DNA of 64,000 nucleotides from the NCBI GenBank assembly GCA_017503105.1, contig JAFVTS010000010.1:30419-94418 (forward strand). Reading direction: 5' to 3'. Position 1 is the stretch's first letter. Each line of letters starts with the position of its first letter. Position numbers and translations under genes: made by a program. The DNA is from Clostridia bacterium (GTDB lineage Bacteria; Bacillota; Clostridia; Oscillospirales; CAG-272). The notes beneath the pieces are model-generated. The model was not told the origin of the DNA. It saw nothing but the letters and a program-made list of their open reading frames with translations, and ran no database searches. Positions 61,500 to 64,000 of this stretch are shown piece after piece.

Positions 61500-62585
61500 A
61501 TGTCCAATCGCATATTCCAGACGATAATCCATCAGATGAAAGACGTCGTTGAGCGCACCATAGGCGTGATAGATGAAAACGGCATCGTCGTCGCGTGCTC
61601 CGAGCACGGCAGGATAGGAGAATCAAAGCAGCGTATAAGAGAAGAGCTTGCTTATTCCTCGGAATCCATCGTCTTTGAGGGTTACACTTACAGGTTTATA
61701 AGCTCGGGCGGAAAAAACGAGAATATAGTTTTCTGTGAGGGTGAGGACAGCACCGCCGACAGAGATGCGAGAATGCTTGCGATAGCTCTCGGAAACATTA
61801 AAAATCTTTACGATGAAAAGTACGACAAGGGCTCGTTTATCAAGAGCATAATCCTTGACAATATTCTTCCGAGCGATATTTACATAAAGTCAAACGAGCT
61901 TCACTTCAACAACGACGAGTACAGAGCCGTTATAGTGATAAAATTCGGAAGCATCTCGGACGTTCCCGCCTACGAAATGGTTGAGGCGGTAATGAAGGAC
62001 CACGAGCGTGATTACGTTATCAATATCGGCGAGCAGGACGTTGTTATCGTCAAGGAGCTTGGCGAGAGCGCTGAGGAGGACGAGCTTGAGAAGTATGCCG
62101 AGGGGCTTATGAACAGCATTGCCGACGTCTACGGGCTCGGAGTTTCCGTCGGAATTTCCTCTGTGACTGACAGCCTTCGCGATCTTGCTAAGGCTTATAA
62201 GGAGGCGCGCATCTCCATCGAGGTCGGAAAGATCTTCGATATCGAGAAGCCCGTTATGTCTTACCGCAACCTCGGTATCGGCAGACTCGTATATCAGCTT
62301 CCCACGACTCTTTGCGAGATATTCCTTCAAGAGGTGTTCAACAAGGGCTCTCTTGAGTCGCTTGACCGTGAAACGCTTATGACGGTCCAGAGCTTCTTTG
62401 AAAACAATCTTAACGTGTCGGAAACGTCGAGAAAGCTCTTCGTTCACAGAAATACGCTCGTTTACCGTCTTGAAAAGATCAGAAAGCTCACGGGTCTTGA
62501 CCTTCGTGAGTTTGATCACGCCGTGACGTTCAAGGTTGCCCTTATGGTTAAGAAATATCTTACCAGCAAGCCGACAAAATTCTGA
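61500..62585 (+). CDS. CdaR/PucR-family transcriptional regulator
   Basis: C-terminal FFENNLNVSETSRKLFVHRNTLVYRLEKI..LTGLD. Confidence 0.92.
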   Translation: MSNRIFQTIIHQMKDVVERTIGVIDENGIVVACSEHGRIGESKQRIREELAYSSESIVFEGYTYRFISSGGKNENIVFCEGEDSTADRDARMLAIALGNIKNLYDEKYDKGSFIKSIILDNILPSDIYIKSNELHFNNDEYRAVIVIKFGSISDVPAYEMVEAVMKDHERDYVINIGEQDVVIVKELGESAEEDELEKYAEGLMNSIADVYGLGVSVGISSVTDSLRDLAKAYKEARISIEVGKIFDIEKPVMSYRNLGIGRLVYQLPTTLCEIFLQEVFNKGSLESLDRETLMTVQSFFENNLNVSETSRKLFVHRNTLVYRLEKIRKLTGLDLREFDHAVTFKVALMVKKYLTSKPTKF

Positions 62586-62684
62586 TTTTCGGGATAAAAC
62601 GGGGCGCTGAATTATATAATTAAAACAGGACTGCCCTGTCGAAGCTCTCGGCGGGGTAGAATATTTTAAATGCTTGGAAAACAG

Positions 62685-64000
62685 ATGTATAAAAGAGGAA
62701 CATTAAGCATATTTTCCCGCGCTGTTGCCTTGACCGTTCTTGTCGCTCTCGTTTTTCTTTTTGCCGTATCGTGCGGCTGCTCGGAGGTGCTCGAGAGCGA
62801 GCCTCTTACGAAAAACGAGATTTACGAGAATATATCCGAGGATCGCGCGGAGCGCGAATCCGTCGCAAGGCATCTTTACGAGTGGGGACTTCCCACGTTT
62901 AACGTCAATAAGTTTAATTACGTTGAATCCTTGTTGAAAAAGAACTATTATCAGGCTATGCCTGACAAGCTGACTCACGCCACTCTCTTGGCAAGAGGCT
63001 TTCTCGACCATTTTTACGACGGCATAAATATTAAAGACGTGACGGCGGTGACCGACGCTTTGCTCACCTGCTATATGGCGTATCTCGGAGATCCGTACGC
63101 GGCGTACAGAATCCCGTCGGAGCACGAGATATTTATGGATGACATAAGCGGCGGCGGCACGTTCGTCGGCGTTGGCGTCCAGGTCCGTATGACCGAGGAG
63201 GGCTACCCTTACGTCGTGTCGGTATACAGGAACTCGGGAGCCGAGCTTGCGGGCGTTCTCCCGCACGACGTGCTTTTAAGCGTAGACGGGATCAGTGCTC
63301 TTGAGGCGGGCTATGACGCTACCGTTGGCGCCTTGAAGGGCGAGGTCGGCACAAGCGTTAGCGTCGTGGTTTTGCGAGAGGGCAAGGAGCTTGAGATAAA
63401 TATAGAGAGAAAAGTTTTGCCCGCGTCGTCCGTATCTTATTATTTTGATGAAAATACGGGTTATGCGTATCTGAATATAACGACCTTCAGAAGGCCCGAG
63501 GACGGAAAGCACAACGGCACCGCCGATGAGTTCAAGGCGGCGATAGACGAGCTTGAAAAGAAGGGCTTGCGAGGGATAGTTTTCGATCTTCGAAGCAATC
63601 TCGGAGGCGAGCTCAACGCCGTGAAGGACACGGTATCCTATCTCGTCGAGGACGCTCTTCCTTTGCTGTCTTACAGCAGGCGGGGCGAGCTTCTGAAAGA
63701 TGAAAAGACCGCCATCGACGGACACGTCCTGAGCGTTCCGACGGTAGTCCTTGTAAACGAGTTCACCGCTTCGGCAGCGGAGATATTTACGGCGGCTCTC
63801 AGAGATTACCGCGACTGTCCCGAGCTTGGGGCGTATAACAAAAACATCGTAATAGTAGGAAAAAACACGTACGGCAAGGGTGTTTCGCAAAGCTCTTATA
63901 TGCTCTCCGACGGCTCGTCGGTGACGTTTACTGCCGCGTATTATAATCCGCCCTCCGGTGTGAACTATCACGGCGTCGGCGTCGCGCCCGACGAGGGCTA
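62685..64000 (+). CDS. S41-family C-terminal processing peptidase (PDZ plus catalytic domain), truncated at the right edge
   Basis: Manual translation: signal/lipobox AVSC, LGDPY, FVGVGV, DLRSNLGG, TASAAE, TYGKG; an in-frame ATG also exists at 62670. Confidence 0.92.
   Translation, partial: MYKRGTLSIFSRAVALTVLVALVFLFAVSCGCSEVLESEPLTKNEIYENISEDRAERESVARHLYEWGLPTFNVNKFNYVESLLKKNYYQAMPDKLTHATLLARGFLDHFYDGINIKDVTAVTDALLTCYMAYLGDPYAAYRIPSEHEIFMDDISGGGTFVGVGVQVRMTEEGYPYVVSVYRNSGAELAGVLPHDVLLSVDGISALEAGYDATVGALKGEVGTSVSVVVLREGKELEINIERKVLPASSVSYYFDENTGYAYLNITTFRRPEDGKHNGTADEFKAAIDELEKKGLRGIVFDLRSNLGGELNAVKDTVSYLVEDALPLLSYSRRGELLKDEKTAIDGHVLSVPTVVLVNEFTASAAEIFTAALRDYRDCPELGAYNKNIVIVGKNTYGKGVSQSSYMLSDGSSVTFTAAYYNPPSGVNYHGVGVAPDEG

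Overview
Replication-origin region of a spore-forming Clostridia-like Firmicute, probably a gut or rumen lineage (inferred from gene content). Left arm, minus strand: dnaA-[oriC]-dnaN-recF-remB-gyrB-gyrA-lipoprotein-XRE-hyp-rnj. The usual yaaA gene and the divergent rpmH-rnpA-yidC block are absent, and spoVAC/D/E lies directly upstream of dnaA. The dnaA-dnaN intergenic region has no canonical TTATCCACA box that I could find. It instead has about 12 copies of a WWWTNAACA-type 9-mer, and DnaA is substituted in its box-reading motif (RNHSTMIYS for RDHTTVxHA), suggesting a co-evolved non-canonical origin code. An accessory region of about 12 kb begins at a tRNA-Ile2(CAU) gene (22421-22497). It contains ~225-bp structured tandem repeats, each ending in a tRNA T-arm mimic with a ~71-nt insert in the T-loop, a decayed serine-recombinase element carrying a 1284-aa SGNH-type secreted protein and a LysR regulator, a polysaccharide deacetylase, and an AT-rich array of RHS-toxin remnants with putative orphan immunity genes punctuated by pieces of the same repeat. 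The rest is housekeeping and sporulation: a PyrR-attenuated pyr operon (no carA; PyrB fused to a PyrI-like Zn module), two glycoside hydrolases, dpaAB, spoIIE, asnA, guaB, duplicated cyclophilins, holA, a degenerate mgsA, pfkA, ribF, prmA, rsmE, a CdaR regulator and an S41 peptidase. All calls are by eye from motifs; no database searches were run.
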